Shown in pieces: positions 1-8,638 of a stretch of 64,000 bases of DNA (within the stretch, counting starts at the first letter, position 1; the number at the start of each line of letters is the position of its first letter). The DNA is from Nitrospira sp. (lineage in GTDB: Bacteria; Nitrospirota; Nitrospiria; Nitrospirales; Nitrospiraceae). The translations under genes were made by a program, and so were the position numbers. The DNA lies in contig AP038806.1 in the NCBI GenBank assembly GCA_047150005.1, positions 2,176,001 through 2,240,000 of the forward strand, given 5' to 3'. The notes beneath the pieces are model-generated. The model saw only the letters and a list, made by a program, of their open reading frames with translations. It was not told the DNA's origin and did not search any database.

Positions 1-580
1 GCGCAGTCGGTTGAACTGGTGGATCGCTTGTCCGAAGCGCGGTGACGGATTGTGCTGCCGCTGCCGGGATGATCGATTGGGCCGGCGCTTCCGTTTCTGG
101 GCGTAATGCCGGAACGATGTGCTGCATGACAGTGGCGGCTTCTATCGGGGCTAGCGTCGGCACCGGAGCCGAGGGGTGCGGCTCTGCCGCCACCGTGTTG
201 TCCCGGAGGGCAGAGGCTGGTTCCGTCGGTACCGAGATTGGTAAAGGATCGTTGGGCCGGATTGCTGCGACGGCAGTCGTCTCCTGGGTTGCGGGAACAG
301 GGACGCTCTCGTTGGCATAGGCAGCACGGTCGAGCGAGTTGCCGACCTGAGCCGTGAGTGGCGCCGGCTCCGTCGATGTCGGCACCAGCCGCTCGGCCCC
401 GATCTCTGACGATTGAACGAGGGTCACCTCCCAACGAAACGGTTCTGCCGGAATCGCGAGCGGTAATTGGCGGAGCAGCGGCAGGGCAGCGAAAAGCACA
501 AGTCCATGGAGGACGAGTGAGAGGAGCCATCCATCGAACCCATGGAGACTCCCGTCCCCCGTCGAGACTGTCGCATTCAC
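1..580 (-). CDS. Probable TonB-family energy transducer, N-terminal part; runs off the window
   Basis: Not in the ORF track. Manual translation from GTG at 580 (GGAG upstream): MNATVSTGDGSLHGFDGWLLSLVLHGLVLFAALPLLRQLPLAIPAEPFRWEVTLV. The S-x3-H transmembrane motif is typical of TonB; the C-terminal domain is not visible. Confidence 0.55.
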   Translation of the reverse strand, partial: MNATVSTGDGSLHGFDGWLLSLVLHGLVLFAALPLLRQLPLAIPAEPFRWEVTLVQSSEIGAERLVPTSTEPAPLTAQVGNSLDRAAYANESVPVPATQETTAVAAIRPNDPLPISVPTEPASALRDNTVAAEPHPSAPVPTLAPIEAATVMQHIVPALRPETEAPAQSIIPAAAAQSVTALRTSDPPVQPTA

Positions 581-599
581 GGTTTCCAGCTCCACATCA

Positions 600-633
600 C
601 GGAGGGTGCCGCGCGTACGCACGGCACCCTCCG
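600..633 (-). terminator. GC-rich hairpin downstream of the DUF4331 gene (terminator or mRNA stabiliser)
   Basis: CGGAGGGTGCCG...CGGCACCCTCCG 12-bp perfect stem; no clear U-tract. Confidence 0.5.
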
Positions 634-642
634 GATCGCGTC

Positions 643-2136
643 CTAATTCAACGGCTCTCGCGGATCGATGTGCCGACGGTCCCGGCCGTCGTGCGGCGTG
701 GGCAAAAATGGAAACGCCGTGGCGATGCCGTTCGCTGTTTTGTTGCCGCCTACTGAGCCGACATTGAAGTTCACGCCGTCTCCCAGGTTCGGAGTCGCAG
801 GGTTCGTGAGGATGCCGCCGACGACCCGCAATGCGACGTCGGTCACGTCGTCGTTGGGACGTCGCCCGTTCGGCCAGCCGGCCTTGTCCGGCGTCGGGTT
901 CCCGGATGCGTCGTGGGCCAGCGGTCCCAGCCGCCGCTGACTGTCCGCTGCGGTCTGAGCCACGCCCAAATCAACCCGCAGCAGGTCGGAGAGGGTCTCG
1001 TTGGTTGTTCCTCCGCCGCAGACCGGCGGGCCCGGGCTGTAGCGAAGTAAGGCGTTGACCAGATCTTCCCGATTCGTCGTCGGGAATCCGGTGCCAAACA
1101 CCGCGTTCAACGCCGTTGCGAGCGCCGAATTGCAATAGAACGAGACGAAATTCGCCTCGTCTTCCGCGTCCGCGGCATTCCATGTGTCTTTCATGTTCGT
1201 CGCGATGATCAATTCGTTCACGAGCGGATTGCCCATGCGCGCCACTTGGACGAAGCGACCGCTGTTCTGCCGATCGCCCTCCTTCTTGATGACCGTGACT
1301 TTCGGCCGGCTCGTGCTGGCATAGGCGCCGATCAGCTTGTTGCCCTTCGGGCCCATCAGCTCGCTGATTGGAATTTCCAACGCAATGGTATTCACGTTGA
1401 AGCCGCTGAAGGTATCCGCCGTCCCGGCGCCCGGCGCGTCGACGATGGTGTTGTCGTTCGCATCGTCCGCCGGAGAGAGAATAGGTGACACATGGAGATT
1501 GAGCGTGTCGAACGTGCCGCCGAGATCGATGTAGAACGTTTCATCCCGCTGTCCGGCGAAGACGCGTCCGCCGTTCTTCAAGGGAAACACCCCCTTGGCA
1601 GCCAACTGTTCATAGTTCGGCGTCGTTCGGGTTCCCACGTTCGAAGGGACGGCGTACATCGGTCCCGTGCCGAGGTCTCGGGGCTGTTGGCCGAACCGTT
1701 GCTCGGTGACCGTGTAGCTCTGGCGAACGAGCAACCCCTCAGACCCGGCCCCGGTCAGCGCGGTGATCGGAGGCAGCGCGACATAGGCCAAGGGGAACAC
1801 GTTGCCCGGCTGCCGGATCTCGGTCTTGAACCGGATCTGGTAGACGACATTCGCTGCGATGTTGTTCTTGTTGTTGTCGACGTGGATCTCGTACAGCACC
1901 TCGTCGGCGAAGTTGAAGTAGTTGGGGCCGGACCCTGGTTCCTGGCTCGGAATCACGTTCATGATGAGAATCGCCTTGTCGGGATCCTGCCAGCTTCGGA
2001 AAACATAGAAGTCGGTGATATCCGCCGCCGGGTCGTTCGAGATCATCGGCGCTTCGCGATGGCTTGCGGCAAAAGCCGGTGCGGCGATGATCAGCACCAG
2101 TGCCGCCAGCGTGAGTGATCGTATCTGAATCAACAT
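643..2136 (-). CDS. Secreted DUF4331-family protein
   Basis: Signal peptide followed by ASHREAP...DITDFYVF; RVFAGQRDETFY, QVARMGNPLVNE and GWPNGRRPNDDVTD motifs. Confidence 0.85.
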   Translation of the reverse strand: MLIQIRSLTLAALVLIIAAPAFAASHREAPMISNDPAADITDFYVFRSWQDPDKAILIMNVIPSQEPGSGPNYFNFADEVLYEIHVDNNKNNIAANVVYQIRFKTEIRQPGNVFPLAYVALPPITALTGAGSEGLLVRQSYTVTEQRFGQQPRDLGTGPMYAVPSNVGTRTTPNYEQLAAKGVFPLKNGGRVFAGQRDETFYIDLGGTFDTLNLHVSPILSPADDANDNTIVDAPGAGTADTFSGFNVNTIALEIPISELMGPKGNKLIGAYASTSRPKVTVIKKEGDRQNSGRFVQVARMGNPLVNELIIATNMKDTWNAADAEDEANFVSFYCNSALATALNAVFGTGFPTTNREDLVNALLRYSPGPPVCGGGTTNETLSDLLRVDLGVAQTAADSQRRLGPLAHDASGNPTPDKAGWPNGRRPNDDVTDVALRVVGGILTNPATPNLGDGVNFNVGSVGGNKTANGIATAFPFLPTPHDGRDRRHIDPREPLN

Positions 2137-2179
2137 GATCGTCTCCTTGTGAAGAGAGCCGCCGTGCAGACGGCGATGG

Positions 2180-2401
2180 TTACATGTCTGGTTTCTTCGG
2201 TGGTTCAGGTTCCGTGTTGGCTTGATTCACCTGGGCGACCTCTGCCGGCGTCAGTGCGTCCGATTGCGGAGTGCGCTGATCGTCCGTCGGCGCCGCTGTC
2301 GGTCCACCGGATACGACAGGCGCGCTGTCACTGCCGCCGCAGCCGGACATGAGTCCGACGGCGAACACGAGGCTCAGAGCTAAATAGATGTGCGGTTTCA
2401 T
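2180..2401 (-). CDS. Small lipoprotein
   Basis: MKPHIYLALSLVFAVGLMSGC lipobox; RBS GAGGGAG; same orientation as trHb and DUF4331. Confidence 0.65.
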   Translation of the reverse strand: MKPHIYLALSLVFAVGLMSGCGGSDSAPVVSGGPTAAPTDDQRTPQSDALTPAEVAQVNQANTEPEPPKKPDM

Positions 2402-2447
2402 AGACTCCCTCCTCTCGAAACACGTCATGACCGCTTCCCCGGACGGC

Positions 2448-2921
2448 TCAGTTCATAGACATCTGCGGCTTCTCGACGATGTCTTGTTTCATTGGACCCA
2501 ACGCGCCAAGCAATTCGTTTTTTTCACGTTCCGGAACCTTGAATGTATTCAGTGTCGCGACCAAATTGCCGACGAGCGCATCGAAGTCCGCGCTGCTGAC
2601 GCCCATGCCTGCATGGGTGGTTTTCATGCTGCGGCCTGTATAGGTACAGGGGCCGCCGGAGGCCTGACAGATCTGCTCGACGAGCAGCGTCTTCAAGCGA
2701 GGGATGTCGGTATTGGCGAACTTGCCGTTGATCCGGCTGTCGGCGGCGACCCGCCCGACGAAATCCTCAACCACGGCAGTGATGGCCGGCTTGCCGCCCA
2801 AGCGATCGTACAGCGATTTGTCCGCCATCGTTGATGTAGGTGTCGACTCCATGGTGTTGCAGCCCGTGACGCTGAGCATAAACCCAACAAGAACGAGGGA
2901 TACTGCGAGAAAACGCTTCAT
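2448..2921 (-). CDS. Group I truncated haemoglobin with lipoprotein signal
   Basis: SLYDRLGG...GGPCTYTGRSMKTTH 2/2-globin motifs; MKRFLAV...SVTGC lipobox; RBS AGGAGG before ATG 2921. Confidence 0.9.
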   Translation of the reverse strand: MKRFLAVSLVLVGFMLSVTGCNTMESTPTSTMADKSLYDRLGGKPAITAVVEDFVGRVAADSRINGKFANTDIPRLKTLLVEQICQASGGPCTYTGRSMKTTHAGMGVSSADFDALVGNLVATLNTFKVPEREKNELLGALGPMKQDIVEKPQMSMN

Positions 2922-3005
2922 GGTCTTGTCCTCCTGTCGAAGAAAACTGGTGATGTGTAGAACGCTGTCTGTTGCGTCTGCGACTGTGGTCGACCTGTTT
3001 TCCAT

Positions 3006-3029
3006 TACGAGATGTCTTCTCGTTTGGAT
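3006..3029 (-). promoter_or_regulatory. Putative ECF sigma promoter for the trHb-DUF4331 unit
   Basis: ATCCAA-N12-CTCGTA on the minus strand. Confidence 0.65.
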
Positions 3030-3158
3030 CTCATCGCAAAAACGGTTCGCTTAGTGGAGAGTCCACGAGAGTTGAGGCCTTCCGGAGATCAGAATACAAT
3101 GGCGTCATTGGGGAACCTCTTCCACTGCGCGCGGCTGGTGAAGAGCCGCGGCAGAGAA

Positions 3159-3183
3159 ATCCAATCCTCCTCATAGACTCGTA
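3159..3183 (+). promoter_or_regulatory. Putative autoregulatory ECF sigma promoter
   Basis: ATCCAA-N13-CTCGTA, ending about 25 bp before the sigma start codon. Confidence 0.65.
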
Positions 3184-3207
3184 TAGGTTCATGGGGAGGA
3201 TCATCTG

Positions 3208-3807
3208 TTGATCCTGACATTGGAAACGACCAAGGCGGCTCAAGACCAAGAATTGGCACAGCTGATCGCGCTGACCGCACAGGGCGATCAGACTGCCCTC
3301 GCCACGTTCTATGATCGGACGAGTCCACAAGTATTCGGGCTGGTCTATAAAATTCTCAACAATCACGAAGCTGCAGAAGAAGTGACCCTGGATGTCTACA
3401 CGCAAGTGTGGCGTCAAGCCCATACGTATGACACGACCAGAGGTGCACCGGGAGCGTGGCTGATGACTCTGGCCCGTACCAGGGCGATCGATCGGTTTCG
3501 CGCCGGGGCAGCCGAACATGGGCGAATCGAATCGCTGGATGCCGTCGAATTGTTTGCCAGCGACGATGACACGCCGGAACAGGACGTGGAGGGTCAAGAG
3601 CGACGACGGTACGTCCAGCAGGCGTTGGCGGTGCTGACAGCGGAGCAACGGGAGGCCGTCGCGCTCGCCTATTTCTATGGTCTAAGCCAAAGTGAGATTG
3701 CCGAGAAATTGCGGCTGCCGCTGGGTACGGTGAAGACGAGAATCAGATTGGGTATGAGCAAATTGCGAGAAGCCCTTGCGCCCTATGAGAGTGGGTTGGT
3801 GTCGTGA
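3208..3807 (+). CDS. ECF RNA polymerase sigma factor (SigK-like)
   Basis: AEEVTLDVYTQVWRQA, WLMTLARTRAIDR and region 4 GLSQSEIAEKLRLPLGTVKTRIR; RBS GGAGG. Confidence 0.92.
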   Translation: MILTLETTKAAQDQELAQLIALTAQGDQTALATFYDRTSPQVFGLVYKILNNHEAAEEVTLDVYTQVWRQAHTYDTTRGAPGAWLMTLARTRAIDRFRAGAAEHGRIESLDAVELFASDDDTPEQDVEGQERRRYVQQALAVLTAEQREAVALAYFYGLSQSEIAEKLRLPLGTVKTRIRLGMSKLREALAPYESGLVS

Positions 3808-4718
3808 CTGAGACGAAGTTGCCGGAAGAATTAGAAGAACAGGCGATCCTCCATGCCCTCGGGATCTTGGATCCTGAGGACCATCAGGCCTTCATGGTGA
3901 AACTTCAGGGAGAATCAGATCTCTTGCGCCAAGCCGTAAGAGCGTATCAAGCAACCACGGACGCTTTGGCCGCTGCGCTGGCTCCGGTACCGCCTCCGTC
4001 AAGCCTTCGTGAACGGCTCGTCAACCAGGTTGCGAAGGAAGCCGCTCGCGAAGCCGAACAGTTCGAGTTGGCCGCGAATACCCTGGCCTTGGGGGTCGTT
4101 CCTGTCACACCTCGGGATTCTGTACGGGAGCGGCTCATGTCCCGAATCCAAGGGCGTGAGGATGTCCGGCTTGATGTCAGAGACTCAACGTACGGCCTGG
4201 TGGACACGCCTGTTTCGACAGGCGGCTTACCGTCTCGCCGGTTTGCGCATGCTTGGCACCACCTCCTCGTGACGTTGTACACGTCGCTGCGGCTTTGCTG
4301 GAAGGCTTTTTTGAACCTCCTGCGGACCTTTCTGATTCGATCCGGGACCGCTCGATTGTCGAGAACAACGATCGGCTTTCAGCGGCCTGGTAAGGGGCTC
4401 ACCTTCGTCAAAGCGGCGGAGGGAGTTTGGCGAGAGATCGCACCAGGAGTGACGGCCAAGATGCTCTCCTTCGATATGATTTCTCGAAGGGCCACTACCG
4501 TCCTTCGTTTTGCACCGGGTACCCGGTATGCACCGCACCGTCACACGGAGGCGGAAGATCTCTATGTGTTGCAAGGCGGCTGCAGCATCGCCGGTCATGA
4601 ATTAACGGCCGGAGACTATCATCGTGCCGAGGCCGGGACGGAACACTACGACACCTCGACCGACGAGGGCTGTTTGCTGCTGGTCGTTTCCTCTCCCCAA
4701 AACGAGATGCTGTCATAG
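3804..4718 (+). CDS. Anti-sigma factor with C-terminal ChrR-like cupin
   Basis: Overlaps the sigma stop; N-terminal ALGIL...PVPPPSSLRERL anti-sigma domain; cupin PHRHTEAEDLYVLQG...GDYHRAEAGTEH. Confidence 0.8.
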   Translation: MTETKLPEELEEQAILHALGILDPEDHQAFMVKLQGESDLLRQAVRAYQATTDALAAALAPVPPPSSLRERLVNQVAKEAAREAEQFELAANTLALGVVPVTPRDSVRERLMSRIQGREDVRLDVRDSTYGLVDTPVSTGGLPSRRFAHAWHHLLVTLYTSLRLCWKAFLNLLRTFLIRSGTARLSRTTIGFQRPGKGLTFVKAAEGVWREIAPGVTAKMLSFDMISRRATTVLRFAPGTRYAPHRHTEAEDLYVLQGGCSIAGHELTAGDYHRAEAGTEHYDTSTDEGCLLLVVSSPQNEMLS

Positions 4719-4754
4719 CTCTTGGTCTAATGCCGCGCCTCCTTTTTCACGCAA

Positions 4755-4779
4755 ATCCAACCAGTACCAAGCTCTCGTA
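4755..4779 (+). promoter_or_regulatory. Putative ECF sigma promoter upstream of nikR-TBDR
   Basis: ATCCAA-N13-CTCGTA, third copy of the motif. Confidence 0.6.
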
Positions 4780-4805
4780 AGACGTTCAGAATCGAGACTC
4801 GTCGA

Positions 4806-4852
4806 TTGACACTCTCGGCGTCGCAGTGCTACGAAATTATTATTCATAACAC
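4806..4852 (+). promoter_or_regulatory. Sigma70-like promoter overlapped by a NikR-type operator
   Basis: TTGACA at 4806; TGn-TACGAA at 4827-4835; imperfect palindrome GTGCTA-N15-TAACAC at 4826-4852 with AT-rich spacer. Confidence 0.7.
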
Positions 4853-4872
4853 CATACGACACGGAGGGTCCC

Positions 4873-5289
4873 ATGAAGAAACTCGTGCGCTTCGGCGTGT
4901 CTCTGGACCAGGAGCTGCTTCAGACGTTCGATCGACACATCCGTCGCCGCCGCTACACGAATCGTTCCGAGGCCCTGCGGGACCTCATTCGTGACAACCT
5001 CGTGACGGACGAATGGCAGGAAGATCGTGAGACGGTTGGCACGATCACGTTTGTGTATGACCATCATGTCCCGGATCTCACCAGCAAGCTGACCGGCATC
5101 CAGCACGATTACCAAGGACAGATTCTCTCGGGTATGCATGTACATCTGGACCACGATCATTGTCTCGAAGTGCTCGTGGTGAAGGGAAAAGGTTCCGAAA
5201 TCCGACAAGTGGCCGATGCCTTGGTGAGCGTGAAGGGGGTGAAGCACGGCAAGCTGGCGATGACCACGACAGGAAAGACATTGAGATAA
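4873..5289 (+). CDS. nikR: Nickel-responsive regulator NikR
   Basis: RFGVSL ribbon-helix-helix, NRSEALRDLIR, YDHH and HVHLDHDHCLE nickel site. Confidence 0.95.
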   Translation: MKKLVRFGVSLDQELLQTFDRHIRRRRYTNRSEALRDLIRDNLVTDEWQEDRETVGTITFVYDHHVPDLTSKLTGIQHDYQGQILSGMHVHLDHDHCLEVLVVKGKGSEIRQVADALVSVKGVKHGKLAMTTTGKTLR

Positions 5290-5290
5290 G

Positions 5291-7354
5291 ATGCCCCGTT
5301 CCCTTGCCTGGCGTGGATGGCCTGTTCACGCCGCCGTCATCTCAAGCCTCGTCTGTTTTGGAGGCCCTTCGTGGGCCCACGATCCCGATGCGCCGGATCT
5401 CGAAATCCCCGAAGTCTCGGTCATGGGAGATCGGTCGGTGGCCGCCTCCTCGCAGCAGTTTATTCCCGACAAGGAGTATCTCCTGCAGCCTCAGGGGCGG
5501 CCGGCCCAGGTGCTGAGGCTTATTCCCGGTTTCATCGCCGTGGAACATTCCGGCGGAGCGGGCAAGGCCGACCAATATTTCGTGCGCGGATTCGATGCCG
5601 ACCACGGCACCGACGTGGCGTTTTTTACCGACGGCATGCCGATCAACTTTCGCTCGCACGCTCATGGGCAAGGCTACGCGGATCTCAATTTCATCATCCC
5701 CGAGACGATCGAGGGAGTGGAGGCCACCAAGGGCGCCTATCTTCCTGAATACGGCGACTTCAATACGGCGGCAGTGATCAACTTTCGGACGCGCGAAGTC
5801 GTCAAGGAAGGAATCGTTCAGGCGGCAGGTGGTCAATTCGATACCCAACGGTACATTGTAATGTTCTCTCCGACAAAGGATAAGGTTCGCACGCTGTTTG
5901 CCGGAGAGGCCTACTACACGAACGGCCCGTTTCTCAACGACAATAGGTATTTCCGGGCCAACTTGCTCGGAAAAATGACGACGAATTTTTCCAACCGTGA
6001 TGAATTTGCGCTGACCGGCAGCTTTCAGAAAGCCCAATGGAACGCCTCAGGGGAAATTCCCCTGCGAGCCGTCAACGACGGCTCCCTCGACCGCTTCGGC
6101 GCCATCGATCCTTCCGAAGGGGGAAACACCACGCGGGCCACACTCCGTATGAATTATCACTATGACACGCCGTTCGACGGGACATTGTTCGCGAACGCCT
6201 ACGGACAGTACTACAAGTTCGATCTGTTCACGAACTTCACATTCTTTTTAAATGACCCGGTCAATGGGGACGGCATTCAGCAATCGGATCGACGGGGTCT
6301 CTATGGAGGCGATCTCGGATATAAACAGCGGGCGGAGCTGTTCGGCATTCCCAGCTTGGGTACGATCGGATTTCAAACCCGTGTCGATGACATCCATGCG
6401 ACATTGGGCACTCAAACGACCCGCGTGCCGACCGGTATTACAACGGACAGCGATATTGTCGAAGCCTCTTATGAGCCGTATGTCAAAGCCGAAATGCAAC
6501 CTGCATCCTGGATGAGATTGTCGGGTGGACTCCGTGCGCCGATCTTTACCTTTGATGTGAACAATCGCTGCAGCACCTGTGTGGAACAGCCGGCGGGGCG
6601 GAAGACGTCCAGTATGGTTTTGCCTAAGGCGAATCTTGTGCTGGGACCCTGGTTCAAGACGGAGTTCTTTGCGAACTACGGACAGGGCTATCACAGCAAC
6701 GATGCGCGGTCGGCCGTGGCGATCGATGCGGTGCCGCTGGCTCGCGCGCAGACCTATGAGGTCGGGCTCCGCGCTCAACCCTGGGGACCGGACGGACTGA
6801 TGCTGACCGCCTCGCTGTGGGCGATCGATCTCCAATCGGAACTGGTGTTTGTGGGTGACGAAGGTACAACGGAAAACCGCGGACCGACCCGCCGTCGAGG
6901 TGTCGAAGTAGCGGCACGGGGTCAGATTTGGGGTCCGCTCTATTTCAACGGACATGTTGCCTACACCAAGGCCGAGTTTACGAACGGCGACGCCATCCCC
7001 TTGGCGCCCGAATGGACGGCCTACGGGGCCTTGCTGTTGCAGTGGCCGGAAGGCTTGCGATCGCAACTGCAGGGGACCTACATGGGCGTGCGGCCGTTGA
7101 TTGAAGACCGCAGCGTGAAATCGCCCTCCTGGGTCGACTTCGATCTCTCCGAACGATATTTACTGCCGGTCAGACTTCCCCACGGCAAGCTGGAGGCGTT
7201 CCTATTCATCCAGAATCTTCTGGATACCAAATGGGAACAGGCCACGTTTTATTTTGAATCGCGGCTGCGCAACGAAGCGGCCGGCGTCAACGATATTCAC
7301 TTCGTGCCGGGCAATCCGCGGTTTTTCATGGGCGGCCTGGCCTGGTATTTCTAA
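5291..7354 (+). CDS. TonB-dependent outer-membrane receptor, probably for nickel or another metal
   Basis: Signal peptide; plug with HSGGAGKADQY and SHAHGQGYADLNF; C-terminal aromatic LAWYF; directly after nikR. Confidence 0.88.
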   Translation: MPRSLAWRGWPVHAAVISSLVCFGGPSWAHDPDAPDLEIPEVSVMGDRSVAASSQQFIPDKEYLLQPQGRPAQVLRLIPGFIAVEHSGGAGKADQYFVRGFDADHGTDVAFFTDGMPINFRSHAHGQGYADLNFIIPETIEGVEATKGAYLPEYGDFNTAAVINFRTREVVKEGIVQAAGGQFDTQRYIVMFSPTKDKVRTLFAGEAYYTNGPFLNDNRYFRANLLGKMTTNFSNRDEFALTGSFQKAQWNASGEIPLRAVNDGSLDRFGAIDPSEGGNTTRATLRMNYHYDTPFDGTLFANAYGQYYKFDLFTNFTFFLNDPVNGDGIQQSDRRGLYGGDLGYKQRAELFGIPSLGTIGFQTRVDDIHATLGTQTTRVPTGITTDSDIVEASYEPYVKAEMQPASWMRLSGGLRAPIFTFDVNNRCSTCVEQPAGRKTSSMVLPKANLVLGPWFKTEFFANYGQGYHSNDARSAVAIDAVPLARAQTYEVGLRAQPWGPDGLMLTASLWAIDLQSELVFVGDEGTTENRGPTRRRGVEVAARGQIWGPLYFNGHVAYTKAEFTNGDAIPLAPEWTAYGALLLQWPEGLRSQLQGTYMGVRPLIEDRSVKSPSWVDFDLSERYLLPVRLPHGKLEAFLFIQNLLDTKWEQATFYFESRLRNEAAGVNDIHFVPGNPRFFMGGLAWYF

Positions 7355-7420
7355 GCTTTGTTGAATTGCAAGTTCCGTCTCTCAAGATTTAACATTCAAC
7401 ACTCATCATTCAACATGGTC

Positions 7421-7990
7421 ATGCCCAAGATTCTTCCGCAGGCCTACTTCAATCGTCCGACCCTCACGGTCGCGCGGTCTCTCGTGGGGAAGTATCTGGT
7501 TCGGGAAGACGGCACGGGGACGCTGGCCGGCAAGATCGTCGAGGTGGAGGCGTATGTGGGACCCTCGGATAAGGCCTGCCATGCCTCGAAAGGCCGAACG
7601 GCCAGAACCGATGTCCTGTTTGGTTCGCCGGGCGTCTCATACGTGTATCTCATTTACGGCATGTACCATTGCCTCAATGTTGTGACGGAACGTCCGGACT
7701 TTCCCGCCGCCGTCCTGATCCGGGCAATTCAACTCAATGGCCAACTCATCGACGGACCTGGTCGGGTCTGTCGTGCCCTCGGCATCGACCGGACGTTGAA
7801 TCGGCTTGATATGACGATCGGCAAGCAGCTCTGGTTCGAGGAACGGGAAAAGAGAACGAGGAGGATACCCATCGGAACGTTTCCACGCATCGGCGTGGAT
7901 TACGCGGGCAGTTGGGCGAAAAAACCTTGGCGATTCCGCTTGCTGTCCGAGGAGCCGGCGTCGCCAGGCCGCCGCGCCTCCGGTATCTGA
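7421..7990 (+). CDS. mpg: DNA-3-methyladenine glycosylase (MPG/AAG family)
   Basis: IVEVEAYVG, YVYLIYGMYHCLNVV, AVLIRA, GPGR and PRIG motifs; start placed at ATG 7421. Confidence 0.92.
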   Translation: MPKILPQAYFNRPTLTVARSLVGKYLVREDGTGTLAGKIVEVEAYVGPSDKACHASKGRTARTDVLFGSPGVSYVYLIYGMYHCLNVVTERPDFPAAVLIRAIQLNGQLIDGPGRVCRALGIDRTLNRLDMTIGKQLWFEEREKRTRRIPIGTFPRIGVDYAGSWAKKPWRFRLLSEEPASPGRRASGI

Positions 7991-7996
7991 AGTAAT

Positions 7997-8037
7997 ATGA
8001 AGGGGGACGTTGCGTCGAACGCAACGTCCCCCTTCAT
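7997..8037. terminator. Bidirectional hairpin between convergent genes
   Basis: ATGAAGGGGGACGTTGCGT-cga-ACGCAACGTCCCCCTTCAT, 19-bp perfect stem. Confidence 0.8.
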
Positions 8038-8061
8038 TTCATTCGAACATGCCTACCGGCG

Positions 8062-8430
8062 TTATTCGATCTTGCGGTCTCCGCTGATCTTCGTAGCAGA
8101 GGTCACCGGAGGAGCGATCTGGATCTGCGGGCCCTGGACCTTCGGCAATTGGCCGGCGCCCTGACCCGCTGTGATACGGTCATTGTCGATCTTCTTGAGG
8201 TCCTGCTTGACATGGCTGTCATCGAACCCGGCCGCCTTCGTCAGCGTCGATTGGCCGCGGGCATCCCCCTGACCCGGGTCATTAGCCGTCGGCTGGCCGG
8301 TGACTGGGCTTCCGCTGTTCTTCATCGGATAGCCCTCATGCTTGGGCAGCAATGCAGGATTGGCCGAAGCCATGGATAGGGCAAACAGCACACCGGAGGC
8401 TGTTGCAAGAATGCCGAATACGAGCTTCAT
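8062..8430 (-). CDS. Secreted hypothetical protein
   Basis: Signal peptide MKLVFG...ASA then NPALLPKHEGYP; RBS-like AGGAGAAGGGG. Confidence 0.7.
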   Translation of the reverse strand: MKLVFGILATASGVLFALSMASANPALLPKHEGYPMKNSGSPVTGQPTANDPGQGDARGQSTLTKAAGFDDSHVKQDLKKIDNDRITAGQGAGQLPKVQGPQIQIAPPVTSATKISGDRKIE

Positions 8431-8638
8431 ACCCCTTCTCCTTTGAATAATGGTGGGTGAAGGATTGCCATGCATAGGTTCGTGTTATGAGGCCTAATCT
8501 AGTGGCGGGATCATAGCCAGGGATACCGGCTTCTGTCAAGGATGAAAGCAGCCGCGACTGACCGGGAACGTGCCGGCTATGTATCTGAAGACACAAGAGT
8601 TTGAGCGGATATGGTCGGTCCGCGTCCAGCCCCCCCCC

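Noticed and set aside
7358..7420. N-terminal extensions of mpg and of the 12017-12922 ORF (FNIQHSSFN)
   Set aside because: Produced by heptamer repeats; downstream ATG starts fit better.
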